Of a DNA stretch of 64,000 nucleotides, positions 49,323-60,775 are shown piece after piece. Each line of letters starts with the position of its first letter. Position 1 is the first letter of the stretch. The position numbers and the translations under genes are program-made. Origin of the DNA: Mustelus asterias (Eukaryota). The DNA lies in contig NC_135803.1 of the NCBI RefSeq assembly GCF_964213995.1, forward strand, positions 14,322,001-14,386,000, in the 5' to 3' direction. Under the pieces are notes generated by a model. The model had not been told where the DNA came from. It saw only the letters and a list, made by a program, of their open reading frames with translations, and made no database searches.

Positions 49323-49585
49323 GTTTATTTAAAGTTTATTTCTTTATTAGTCACAAGTAAGGCTTACACTGCAATGAAGTTTACTGTGAAATTCCCCGAG
49401 TCGCCACAGTCCGGCGGGTCAATGCACCTAACCAGCACGTCCTTCGGAATGTGGGAGGAAGCCGGAGCACCCGGAGGAAACCCACGCAGAGACGGGGAGA
49501 ACGTGCAAACTCCACACAGTGACCCAAGCCGGGAATCGAACCCGGGTCCCTGGTGCTGTGAAGCAGCAGTGCTAACCACCGTGCT
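49323..49585 (-). mobile_element. SINE type B
   Basis: Head, V-domain, B tail. Confidence 0.88.
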
Positions 49586-50112
49586 TGTGAAGATAACCAC
49601 TAACCTTGTGAAGATAAGCATTCATGACAATACGTTTAGTTTCTGTCATTTGCAGAGGAACACTCCCACTGGCAGTTTTGCCTTCATTGCAATCTCGAAA
49701 CTCCAGCTATGCTCCTCGTGAATGGGGGAGCAACTCCCAGAGACTGATTGGCCTACTTCTGTTCCTATGTCTGCAAAATACACTGAACAGCTAGTAAGGG
49801 AAATATGACCTCATTGAAGTTAGATGGATGGAACAGCTCATCAATAACAGGTATACTGCCTGAGTAAAACTTCAAAACCACAGCTCCAAGTCAGCGACAT
49901 GTTAAAGCTGGCTAACACTGATCGTGAAAATACCCTGCCTGATGCAGTCTTTATTATCCTCCAAATAAAATTAATAAATGTTAGATTAAAATGCAATTTT
50001 CACTATTCTATATATAAATGCGCATGCAAATACACTTTTGTAGCATTCTACCTTTTAATCTAATTGCTTCACACGCTGTGGAGACTTAAAAAGGTGTGGT
50101 ATACCTTTGAAG

Positions 50113-50268
50113 ACAGTAAGAAGTCTCACAATACCAGGTTAAAGTCCAACAGGTTTATTTGGTAGCAAAATTGGCTTTTGCTACCAAATAAACCTGTTAG
50201 ACTTTAACCTGGTGTTGTGAGACTTCTTACTGTGTTTACCCCAGTCCAACGCCGACATCTCCACATCA
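50113..50268. mobile_element. Penelope-like terminal fragment arranged as a palindrome
   Basis: 58-bp arms 50113-50170 and 50176-50233 with 2 mismatches; flanked by ata(c/t)ctttgaaga direct repeats. Confidence 0.7.
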
Positions 50269-50371
50269 TATCTTTGAAGATACCAGCCCTGGTAACTTAA
50301 TGCCTACTTAGGATGTGCATTTTTCTGGAGGCTTGAAGGCATTTAAATTGCAGCTTTCAAAAGCTAAGCAA

Positions 50372-51620
50372 TTTTTTTTATTCGTTCATGGGATGCAGCC
50401 GTCATGGGCCAGCATTTATTGCCCATCCATAATTGCCCTTGAGAAGATGGTGGTGAGCTGCTTTCTTTACCCACTCCAGTCCCTGAGCTGTAGGTACACC
50501 CACATTGCTGTAAAGGAGGGAGCTCCAGGTTTTTGAACCATGATGATCCATATGATGCTGTTAATGATTCCATGCTTCTCTATAAGGAATGCTGTTAAAG
50601 TCCCTGCAGACTGCTTTCAATTAGATAATTGATAATTAATGCAGTAAATCGCAATCAGCAATGAAGATTAACAGCAGAGAGTAACATCGTTATGAATGCT
50701 GATCTTCACAAGGCAATAATGATTTGAAGGACAGTGAAGGAATGGCGAAAGGTTTCCAAATCAGCATGGCATGTGACCAGAAGGAGAACTTCCAGGTGGT
50801 GGCATTCCCAGGCATCTGCTGCCCTTGTCCTTCTAGGTGGTAAAGGACCCAGGTTTGGAAGGTGCTGTCAAAGAAGCCTTGGTGAGGTACTGCAGTCCGT
50901 CTTGTAGATGGTACACACTACTGCCACTGTGCATTGGTGGTGGAGGGAGCGAATATTTGTGGATGGGGTGTCAATGAAGTGGGTTGCTTTATCCTGGATG
51001 GTGTCAAGCTTCTTGAGTGTTGTGGGAGCTGCACTCATCCAGGCAAGTTGAGAATACTCCATTGCACCCCTGACTTGTGCCTTCTGGATGGTGGACAAGA
51101 TCTGGGAAGTCCAGAGATGAGTTGCCCTCTGTAGAATTCCCAGCCTCTGACCTGCTCTTATGGTAAAGAAAAGTAAGTAAAGTAAGTGAAGTAAAGTTTG
51201 TTTATTAGTCACAAGTAGGCTTATATGCACACTGCAAAGAAGCTACTGTGAAAATCCTCTACTCGCCACAGTCAAGCGCCTGTTCGGGTAGGCTGAGGGA
51301 AAATTTATCCTGACCAATTCACTTTACCTGCACAGTTTTGGACTAGGGAGTGGCCCAGTTCAGTTCCTGTTCAATGGTAACCCCCAGGATATTGATAGCA
51401 GGAGATACGGCAATGGTAATGCAATTGAATGCCAAGAGGAAATGGTTAGAATATCTCTTGCTGTCGTTGATAATTGACACCATCCAGGACAAAGCAGCCC
51501 ACTTCATTGACACTCCACCCACAAACATTCGCTCTCTCCATCACTGATGCACAGTGGCAGCAGTGTGTACCATCTGCAAGAGGTACTGCCTAGTTGTGGA
51601 GCACGAATATTACTTGCCAC
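50372..51620 (-). mobile_element. Fragmented non-LTR retrotransposon, RTE-X-like ORF C-terminus and 3' end
   Basis: RAGQRLGIL..KAQVRGAMEYSQLAWMSAAPTTLKKLDTIQDKA..SLHH; 3' end at ~50372-50540; SINE B tail inserted at ~51170-51345. Confidence 0.65.
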
Positions 51621-52137
51621 GTATCAGCCGATTATCTCCTGCGAAATAGTCTCATGGGTTCTTTGAGGAATTTTGCAAACCATTAGCAGAAGCTAACTTT
51701 GTGAGTCTCAAATGCCTATTACCCAGAAACATTAGACGAATTGGCCACATGATGTGATAGCACAACAACAACTTGGCTTATCTACATGATGAATAATGTG
51801 AATAATTCTAATCAGTCAGCAAATTTGCAGGAACAAGTGAATCTTAATTTTAAGTGGGTGCATTACAGGAAACAAATTAAAAATGAGCTGAGGTGCAGCA
51901 CAACCAGTTACCTGCTGTGTTTACCACATAATTGTGGTGTGTATAATCTCTCATACTCATGATGTTGCTGGGGTCCTGAGGAAATGATATACAAGATAGA
52001 CTTCCAGTGTGTTTTCTTTACAACTTAAATTCACAGTAATATTTACAAAATAGAACTTATAAATAATAATCATGCTTGTGCATATTTTAATTTACAAATT
52101 CAATCTTTCAAATTTCTTTCCCTATTCCACCTGTTGT

Positions 52138-52310
52138 CATAGAAACATAGAAAATAAGTGCAGGAGGAGGCCATTCAGCCCTTCGAGCCTGCACCACCAT
52201 TTAATACGATCATGGCTGATCATGCACTTTCAGTATCCTACTCCCACTTTCTCTCCATACCCCCTGATCCCTTTAGCCACAAGGGCCACACCCAGCTCCC
52301 TCCTGAACGT
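52138..52310 (-). mobile_element. CR1 3' end fragment
   Basis: catagaaacatagaaaataagtgcaggaggaggccattcagccc. Confidence 0.8.
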
Positions 52311-53249
52311 ACGCTGTGAGGCAGCAGTGCTAATGCAAGAAACAATGCTTTTCACTGTATCCCAAGACACGTCTCAATAATAAATCAAATCAAATAAAAT
52401 GAAATGGTTCATTCCGGAGGAAGTTACTGTTTCAAGATGGTTGGCATTTTCCTGCTTACTTCTGAAACTTTTCACGAGGAAAAGGATGCATTTCTGAGTG
52501 GCCGCCTCGCATTGGTGGAATTCTGTTCACAGCTTCCACACAGCGACAAATGATCTCACAGCACTTCCTGATTGCAGTACATTTACTGATGAAAAATGTT
52601 GTCCAGAAAGTGGAAGAACAAAAATTAACTGCCCAGATACAGAAATCAGATAGTAATTCACTCCTAGTTACCTTTACATATGTAGTCTCAGTCTTCTCAC
52701 TTGTGATAGGAGGGATCAGTGTGAGGAGCAATCCTAGCAGAGTTCAGAATCCCAACAGGGAAACAGTAGATAATATCGCCACTTACTCTCTCCCGCATTG
52801 TATAGAACCTCTGCCAAAATTGTAATTAAAAGCAGCCAAATTAAATGCATTGATCAAGATACATTTAAAACAAGGAAAGAGGCCTGTGCTTGGTTTACGA
52901 GCCAGAAGATATATGCTTTCCAAATGAACATGAGAAGACATCTTGCAACCAAAGCATAGGCACAGGGGAAGGCCATTCGGCCCCCTGAGCCTATTCTGCC
53001 ATTCAATTATATCCTGGCTGATCCATTCATTGGGGTTCATTAACCTGTAATACCCTTGACTAAGAAGGAAAGAATCAGTTAGGCAATACTGGCAAAAACA
53101 TTAATGAGCACGGGAAGGTTACACTTGAGCACGAAGAGAGGTTGAACCAACAGATGAAGAAGCCCCATGTTGTTTGCCCCGACAAATCCTGACCACATTC
53201 TGAGAAAAAAAAACGCCAAATACGACAGGCTGAAACTGAAAGGAAACGC

Positions 53250-54420
53250 GCAGAAAGCATGACAGCCACACTGTGCAGCATATCACCACAAACTTAGAGA
53301 CATGAAACTATCGGGGCTCCAATTGAGTGGTCCAGGTAATGGAACTTGTTTTGGAACAGTGATGGTTTGCTCCCCAGAGTCCCTCATGGGAGCATGGCTC
53401 TCGTCCCCACATGTGTCCAAGTGGCAAAGGGGAGTCATGAACCACATGTTGAACAGGTAGCCCTCATTGTTCATTCCAATGATTGTATTTTGAGGAGGAA
53501 TGAGTCTGAAGCAGGCCTGTACCTTGACCAGGTGGGCTTCCAAGACAGGCTCTTCCAAGTTCCTCCCAGGCACCCAGAGTGAACTGGCTTATATACACTT
53601 GCAATGATTCCCCAGCTGCAATAGCTCAGTTGGGAGAGCATTGGACTGAAGATCTAAAGGTCCCTGGTTCAATCCCGGGGTTTCAGCATGAGCCCCTTTG
53701 CTATCTGCTAATTGGCACTGCATCTTTAACCATTGGTAATGTATCTTTCATATTCGTACTTTGAATATTTGTAATTCTTTCGTAATAACTTATTTATAAT
53801 CAACAAAATAAATCCCCTAACTGGGGACAGCTGTGTTTGATCACCGATTTAAAGCAGGTCTTTAATTGCAGCACAAATTCAACATGAACACTCATCTCGA
53901 GCCACATGTCGAGCCCTTATCACCAAGCAGCCAGCCTCGGGTTCATCGTGGTGGCTCAAATACAACAGGAATAGCTGACAGGGCAGGATGGAATGCCAAG
54001 ATCGTCAGTATTCACCAACATGATGTTCTGCGCATGGTTACACAGATACTGCACATTCTTGAAATGTCGACCCCCGCAGTTCCAGTACATCTCACACTAA
54101 CATGTGGCACCCTCAGAGCCACAAATGTGCAGTCGGTAGCTCCCCTGTATGATTCAAAATCGCAACACCCTGCTCTTTCCGTTTCCCTCTGCTTCATGAG
54201 AAAATGATGAAGTCCCTTTCCCGAGTGTCCAGGGCCTCTGTCACCTCCCTAAGGCAGTAATGCACAGTGATCTCGGGCATGGGGCAATGTTGCCGGGCTA
54301 CAGCCGTATAGAATCCTGAGGTTTGGAATTTGAGGATCTCAGTGACCTTAATGGCTACTGGTAGTGCCGCCTTTGCCCAGCACTGTGGCTGCAAATCAAG
54401 TGAGAAGGGAGCATCGTTCA
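53250..54420 (-). mobile_element. Dead PIF/Harbinger (HARBI1-like DDE) transposase remnants
   Basis: Reverse-strand pieces ALPVAIKVT..VHYCLREVTEAL, GATDCTFVALR (GAIDCTHV-like, ~54113-54145), GWLLGDKG (53913-53936) and EGY..WFMTPL..SH..EQTI..; frameshifted. Confidence 0.8.
53615..53688 (+). tRNA. tRNA-Phe(GAA), probably a pseudogene
   Basis: GCTGCAATAGCTCAGTTGGGAGAGCATTGGACTGAAGATCTAAAGGTCCCTGGTTCAATCCCGGGGTTTCAGCA closely matches vertebrate tRNA-Phe; CpG-type changes, one acceptor-stem mismatch, one extra G, no TTTT terminator directly after. Confidence 0.8.
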
Positions 54421-54444
54421 ATTATCAGCTCCACTTCCATCATT

Positions 54445-54780
54445 GGGTGGCACGGTGGCACAATGGTTAGCACTGCTGCCTCTCAGCTCCAGGGACCCAG
54501 GTTCAATTCCCGGCTTGGGTCTGTGTGGAGTTTGTATGTTATCCCCGTGTCTGCGTGGGTTTCCTCCGGGTGCTCCGGTTTCCTCCCACAGTCCAAAAAT
54601 GTGCAAGTTAGGTGCATTGGCCATGCTAAATTGTCCCTTAGTACCCTGGGATGTGTATGTTAGAGGGATTAACAGGGTAAATATGTGGGGTTACGGAGAT
54701 AGGGCTTATATGGGGGTTGTTGTCGGTGCAGACTCGATGGGCCAAATGGCCTCCTTCTGTACTGTAGGATTTACTATGGT
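54445..54780 (+). mobile_element. SINE type A
   Basis: Head, V-domain, CR1-type tail. Confidence 0.9.
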
Positions 54781-55597
54781 TTTCATTGCTCATGTTTGAA
54801 GTGGTGGTAAGAGCAGTGCTCCGTGAATACCCCAAGCTTTCTATTAAGAGCCTCCATCTCCTCCTCAGCGTAACACTTCCCTTCTCTGCTCCACGTCCCT
54901 GAGGTGCTGCAGCCGAGGAGGGATGGGATAACTCTAGCCTCAATGAGTAAAAACAGGCTCTATGTCCAGAGGACTTCGAAATCCAATCACCTCCGGGGCA
55001 AAGTCCAGTGTGACTCCTTCCCAACTCCAAAAGACATTTCAGAACTCCTCCAATACAACACAGAACTTACACTAACTCTGCAACAGCTGAAGTAAAAGGC
55101 ACTGAGACATATTTAAATGAGCACTTGAAATGCCATAGCGTACAAGGCGAGGCACCAGGAAGGAATGCGTGGTACATGGGCATCCTTAAAACAATCTTCA
55201 AAACATACCACCTCAAGCTTAATGAACAAGTTTAAATTGCTACGGCATTGAAATTAACATTCCAGTACTTTGTGACAAGAAATTAACTATAACATACACG
55301 CATACAGATCTGCTTCGGTAGGCAAATGTCACATTTGACATCTAAAGCACATTGTAATTTTTAACCAATCCAGTTTACATGACACGAACACTCATCAGCA
55401 CATGATTGTTGCACACTTGTCAAAGTCCAACATCAGTAACCTGCATCTCCAGAACACAACCACAAGATGATTTTGCAATCACACAAATTACTGAGTCGAC
55501 AAGACAGCAAACGCAGACTTTATGTCTGCTGTTCATTCTCTCGCTGTCCTTTTTAGTATAAATAAAACACAGATTTGCCATGGTATTGCTCAGGGTA

Positions 55598-55888
55598 AAT
55601 AAAGTTTAAAGTTTATTAGCGTCACAAGTAGGCTTACGTTAACACTGCAATGAAATGACTGTGAAAATCTCCTAGTCGCCACACTCCGCCGCCTGTTCGG
55701 GTACACTGAGGGAGAATTTAGTATGGTCCATGCATCTAACCAAAACGTCTTTCAGACTGTGGGAGGAAACCGGAGCGCCCGGAAGAAACACATGCAGACA
55801 CGGGAGAACTTGCAAACTCCACACAGACAGTGAACCAAGCCGGGAATCGAACCTGGCGCTGTGAGGCAGCAGTGCTAACCACTGTGCC
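55598..55888 (-). mobile_element. SINE type B
   Basis: Head, V-domain, B tail. Confidence 0.88.
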
Positions 55889-56384
55889 AGACTCACTGGC
55901 TGGTATTTTACGACCTCGCTCAGGCGAGACTCATAAAATCCTGCCCGAGGCCAATTGCGTTCTGCGAGCCGCACCCGCCCCAATTCCAGGGCGGGCGTGA
56001 TGGTAAATTTCCAACAACTAGCTCAGTCAAGACACTCAGAGAAGTCACCCATTGTTTATAAGTTGCTTTCAGAGCTTCTTTGTTCTGGAGAGACCACATC
56101 AATAAGTCAAACCTCCCCCGTTACACCTCAACTTGAAAGCCTTGCCTGAGATGCCTTGAGACAAACAGTCTCCTCCAGATAGATCCGGGCGCTGCTGTAA
56201 GAGATGGATACACCATCTCAACAGCACAAAGGATGATCTTTGTTCTGTCATTATCCCTGTTTACTGAGCTTTGCAAATTATTTAAGTATTCAATATTTTT
56301 GATATTAAGAAAAATTAATTTCCCAAACTGAAAGTTATAATCCTGAAGCATATGAATTTGAAAACAGAAAATATAATTTGCAAC

Positions 56385-57110
56385 AGGGGAGGCAGTGGCA
56401 AAGTGATATTGTCACTGCAATAGTAATCCAGATACCCAGGGTAATGCTCTTGGGACCTGGGTTCAAATCCCACCTCAGCAGATGGTGAAAGTTGAATTGA
56501 ATAAAAATCTGAAATTAAAAGTCTAATGATGACTATGAAATCAGCCTCCCTTCCGTTGACTCTTTCTACACTTCCCACTGCCTCGGCAAAGCAGCCAGCA
56601 TAATTAAGGACCCCATGCACCCCAGACATTCTCTCTTCCACCTTCTTCCATCAGGAAAAAGATACAAAAGTCGGAAGTCACGTACCAATCGACTCAAGAA
56701 CAGCTTCTTCCCTGCTGCTGTCTGACTTTTGAATGGACTTACCTTGCATTAAGTTGATCTTTCTCTACACCCTAGCTATGACTATAACACTGCATTCTGC
56801 ACTCTCTCGTTTCCTTCTCTATGAACGGTATGTTTTGTCTGTATAGCACGCAAGAAACAATACTTTTCACTGTATGTTAATACATGTGACAATAATAAAT
56901 CAAATCAAACCAAAAACCATTCTTGTAAAAACCCATCTGGTTCACCAATTTCCTTTAGGGAAGGAAATCTGCCATCCTTACATGATCTGACCTACATGTG
57001 AGTCCAGATCCACAGCAATCTTAAATGCCTCCTCAAGGGCAATTAGGGATGGGCAATAAATGCTGCCCCCAACCAGCGATGCCTACATCCCATAAAAGAA
57101 TTTTAAAAAC
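56385..57110 (+). mobile_element. SINE type C, interrupted by a Rex1/Babar 3' fragment
   Basis: ggggaggcagtggc..gggttcaaatcccacc head; resumes at ~56912 and ends gggatgggcaataaatgctg..cccataaaag. Confidence 0.75.
56541..56910 (+). mobile_element. Rex1/Babar-like LINE 3' end
   Basis: Encodes ..CLGKAASIIKDPMHPRHSLFHLLPSGKRYKS..TNRLKNSFFPAA; tail tgtgacaataataaatcaaatcaaa. Confidence 0.75.
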
Positions 57111-57784
57111 ACTATGTATCTGCGTGCAACAAGCTTAGAAGGATAACATTCAAGGTTATGGGGCAAATGCAGAAAAATGGGATTAGCGCAGGCCTTCAGT
57201 CATAGTTATTGTTGGTGCAGACGTGATGGGCTGGAGGGTCTTCTCTGCGCTGTATGCCTCTATGACTCTAATGACATGCTGGTGGATGAGGTGAAGTTGA
57301 ATGGAAGGACGCTGGTATGAAGCTTGGACTCTGGCACAAAATAGACATTTCTTACATCAAAAATGGCCTCTCGATGTAGCCACTAATTTTTGTTTTAAAC
57401 ACAACGCACAGAATCAAGATAATGAAGGAAACATATACGAGTCATGACGTTTTATCAACGTTTGAGTTCCCAGCAGCTGGAAAGTGTGACCTTACAAGAT
57501 GGCAAAGTGATACAGATCAAACTATATTGAAACCTTCAAAAGGACCAAATGGAAAGATTGTTTTCAGATGCATTCAAAAGCTGAAGGGGAAACCCTGGTT
57601 TGAATCAGGTTAACCAAGGTATCCAAGTGGGATGGGGCAGCAAACTGGAAAAATCTATCTATCTTATGCACATCTATTGTGTGCATAGAAACGAAATAAG
57701 ATACAGTGCAATAATTATAATTTTAGCTGCTCAACCTCTACTTCACAAACTTCAATATAAAAATTATATTTAACTCAACACAAC

Positions 57785-58108
57785 GGCACGGTGGCACAGT
57801 GGTTAGTGCTGCTGCTTCACAGCACCAGGAACCCGGGTTCGATTCCAGCCTCGGGTCACTGTCTGTGTGGAGTTTGCACGTTCTCCCCGTGTCTGCGTGG
57901 GTTCCCTCTGGGTGCTCCGGTTTCCTCCCACAGTCCAAAGATGTGCGGGTTAGGTTGATTGGCCATGCTAAAATTGCCCCTTAGTGTCAGGGGGGCTAGC
58001 AGGAGAAATACATGGGGTTACAGGGATCGGACCTAGATGGGATTGTTGTCAGTGCCATGATGGGCCAAATGGCCTCTTTCTGCACTGTGGGGATTCCATG
58101 ATTCTATG
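57785..58108 (+). mobile_element. SINE type A
   Basis: Full length. Confidence 0.9.
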
Positions 58109-58109
58109 A

Positions 58110-58635
58110 ACAATTTGCATTTATGTAGCATCCTTAACATAATAAAATATCCAAAAGGGCTTTACAGGCGCAATTGCAAACTAAATCAGACACCGAGCCA
58201 TGTAAAGAGATATTAAGACAGATGATCAAAAGCTTGGTCAATCTGGTAGGTTTTAAATTAGCAGCTTACTGGAGGAGAGAGAAAATGAGTGGCTGATGAC
58301 AGCACTGCCATCATTTAGGAACTAGGCAACTGAAGGCATGGCCATTAGTGGTCGGGTGATGGGAAATTGGTCAGGATTGTAGAAGCGCAGAGACCTTGGG
58401 AGGGTTGAAGCATTGAAAGAGGTTATGGAGAACCAAGGAATTTGAAAATAAGCGCGCAAGTTATAAATCTGAGTCGGTGCCAGATCAGGTGCCAATGTAG
58501 GTCAGCAAAGCACAGGGTCAATGGGTGAATGTGGGTTGGGGTCGATTGGGATGTCTGATGGGTGGAAGGTGGGAGGATAGCCAGATGATGATTGGAACAG
58601 TCCAGTTTAGGAGGTAACAAAGACCAAAGGTTTCT
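58110..58635 (-). mobile_element. L2-like LINE 3' fragment
   Basis: acaatttgcatttatgtagc tail; reverse frame contains LHWHLI..RLRFITCALIFK (LHWLP-like). Confidence 0.55.
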
Positions 58636-58640
58636 AGGGT

Positions 58641-59260
58641 GGGCGGCACGGTGGCACAGCGGTTCGCACTGCTACCTCACAGCGCGAGGGACCCGGGTTC
58701 AATTCTCGGCTTGGGTCACTGTCTGTGTGGAGTCTGCACATTCTCTCTGTGTCTGCGTGGGTTTCCTCCGGGTGCTCCGGTTTTCTCCCACAGTCTGAAA
58801 GACGTGATGGTTAGGTGCATTGGTCGTGCCAAGTTCTCCCTCAGCATTCCCGAACAGGCGCCAGAATGTGGCGACTTGGGGATTTTCATAGAAACCCTAC
58901 AGTGCAGAAGGAGGCCATTCGGCCCATCGAGTCTGCACCGACCACAATCCCACCCAGGCCCTACCCCCACATATTTTACCCGCTAATGTACGCATCTCAG
59001 GACTCTAAGGGGCAATTTTTAACCTGGCCAATCAACCTAACCCGCACATCTTTGGACTGTGGGAGGAAACCGGAGCACCCGGAGGAAACCCACGCAGACA
59101 CGAGGAGAATGTGCAAACTCCACACAGACAGTGACCCGAACCGGGAATCGAACCCGGGACCCTGGAGCTGTGAAGCAGCAGTGCTAACCACTGTGCTACC
59201 GTGCCGCCCCGCAACTTCATTGCTGTGTTAATGTAAGCCTACTTGTGACACTAATATGTG
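58641..59260 (+). mobile_element. SINE type B with an antisense SINE type A (58888-59210) inserted in its tail
   Basis: B tail breaks at ggggattttca and resumes at aacttcattgc ~59213. Confidence 0.9.
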
Positions 59261-60775
59261 ACACTTGAACCATCCCTGTGCAGAGGGAACTGCCCTCAAC
59301 CAAAGAGGGTTAAAAAAAAGTCATGGTGCTCCTCATAGCCCTGTTTGGGCTTTAACTTTGAAAATTATTGGACACGGTTACAATGTTGTTTATAGATCAA
59401 ATAACTTTCCGATCAAAATATTCATTCCCTAGCCTCACACAGAAAGAACGACTACACGTGTGAGATACTGCAGGGCTGCTGGCGCCAACAAAACTAGAGT
59501 TCTACTTTAGAAGGAACGCAAAGGGAATTAAAGAGAAAGAAAGGGAAGCACTGGGAAGGTGTGAATTCTTAAATCACGCTCACCATTTTTGTAAAAGGGA
59601 GACACTACAGCATGTCGCAATAATTGTGAGGACACCGCACATAAACTCTGGCATCACTCACATCACACACAACACCTGTGAGATAGTGTCTGGGGCACTG
59701 AAAGCTGCATTCGAGGAGGCATTTCGGGAAGGACTGCAGCTTTTCTAATGATCAGAAAAAGGAGCCAAGCTTGCACGAGGTGCTTTGGATGCAGAGTGCA
59801 ATATCAAACATGCAGAGCAGCAGCGGTCTAGCTCTGCCAAGGCCCCAGTTTCGTCTACGTCAATCAGCTAATTTTCTACAAACCACACATCCCACAGAAA
59901 GCCATATTCTGAAAGTGGAGGAAAACATGAGCAAAGAGATTAGATTTCCGCACGACATTGCTGTCGGCAGCACACTACCCGGACGGCCAGCTGCTCCTTC
60001 ACATGCAGCCAGGGCTCCTGGTCGAACTCAACTCATTCAGAAAACACAACTATCCATTTCGTGAGTAAGGTATGGAATTCCCTTGTCTTTATGTCACTAC
60101 CTTAGAGGCATCAACCGACGCGACACTCGGGACTCAAGGAAGCAAAGCATTCATGTGTGAAAACCAAACATCTTTAAACTTTGTTGTAAAAACATCATAT
60201 ACGGTGTTAGAACAAAGCTCTGGAGTAAATTTCAAGCGTTGTGGCTGACGTTTTGGTGGTTATTTTCTTTTGTGTGTGTGACTCAGGGGCTTTGTGAATA
60301 ATTTGTGGAGTGCGTTAAGCGTTGATATTCTTTGTTTCTCCAGCCGCTGGGTTTATTTTGCCGGTATAGTTTTTTTTTAAATAAAAAGTTTACAGTTCGG
60401 CCACACTGAGTGAAGGACAGGAGGGGACGGGGTGGTTTAACTATCCTGACGATGGTGCGTGTGTGTGTATGTATGTTTGGGGTGACTGTCAGCAGAGACC
60501 AGGCAGGGCTAGAGTCACTAGTTTGTGTTGACTACGTCAAGGTTGTGTTGTTCCTGTATTGGATTTTCAGTGTTTATGAAATAATATTCTGTGAAGAATT
60601 TTATTTTATTTTTTGTAGTACTAATCCATCCACAAGGCTTACAAATGACTGAACAAAGCCAATTGGGGTTCTCAATACGTGGGATTCCAGGATTTTAAGT
60701 TTTATTTACCCTATGAAAATGAATCTTACTTTTAACACAACTTCACCTCCAAACAGAACAGCGCAGCAATAGGTA

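Noticed and set aside
52456-52731. Minus-strand ORF ending at a GTAAG donor-like site; possible host-gene exon
   Set aside because: No recognisable similarity to MED12/MED12L or any protein I can identify; needs RNA evidence
32548-59231. Recurrent short ORFs such as MVSTAASQLQGPGFDSRLGSLSVWSLH and MDCGRKPEHPEETHAD that look like a multi-copy peptide family
   Set aside because: They are translations of the SINE head and V-domain on either strand, not genes
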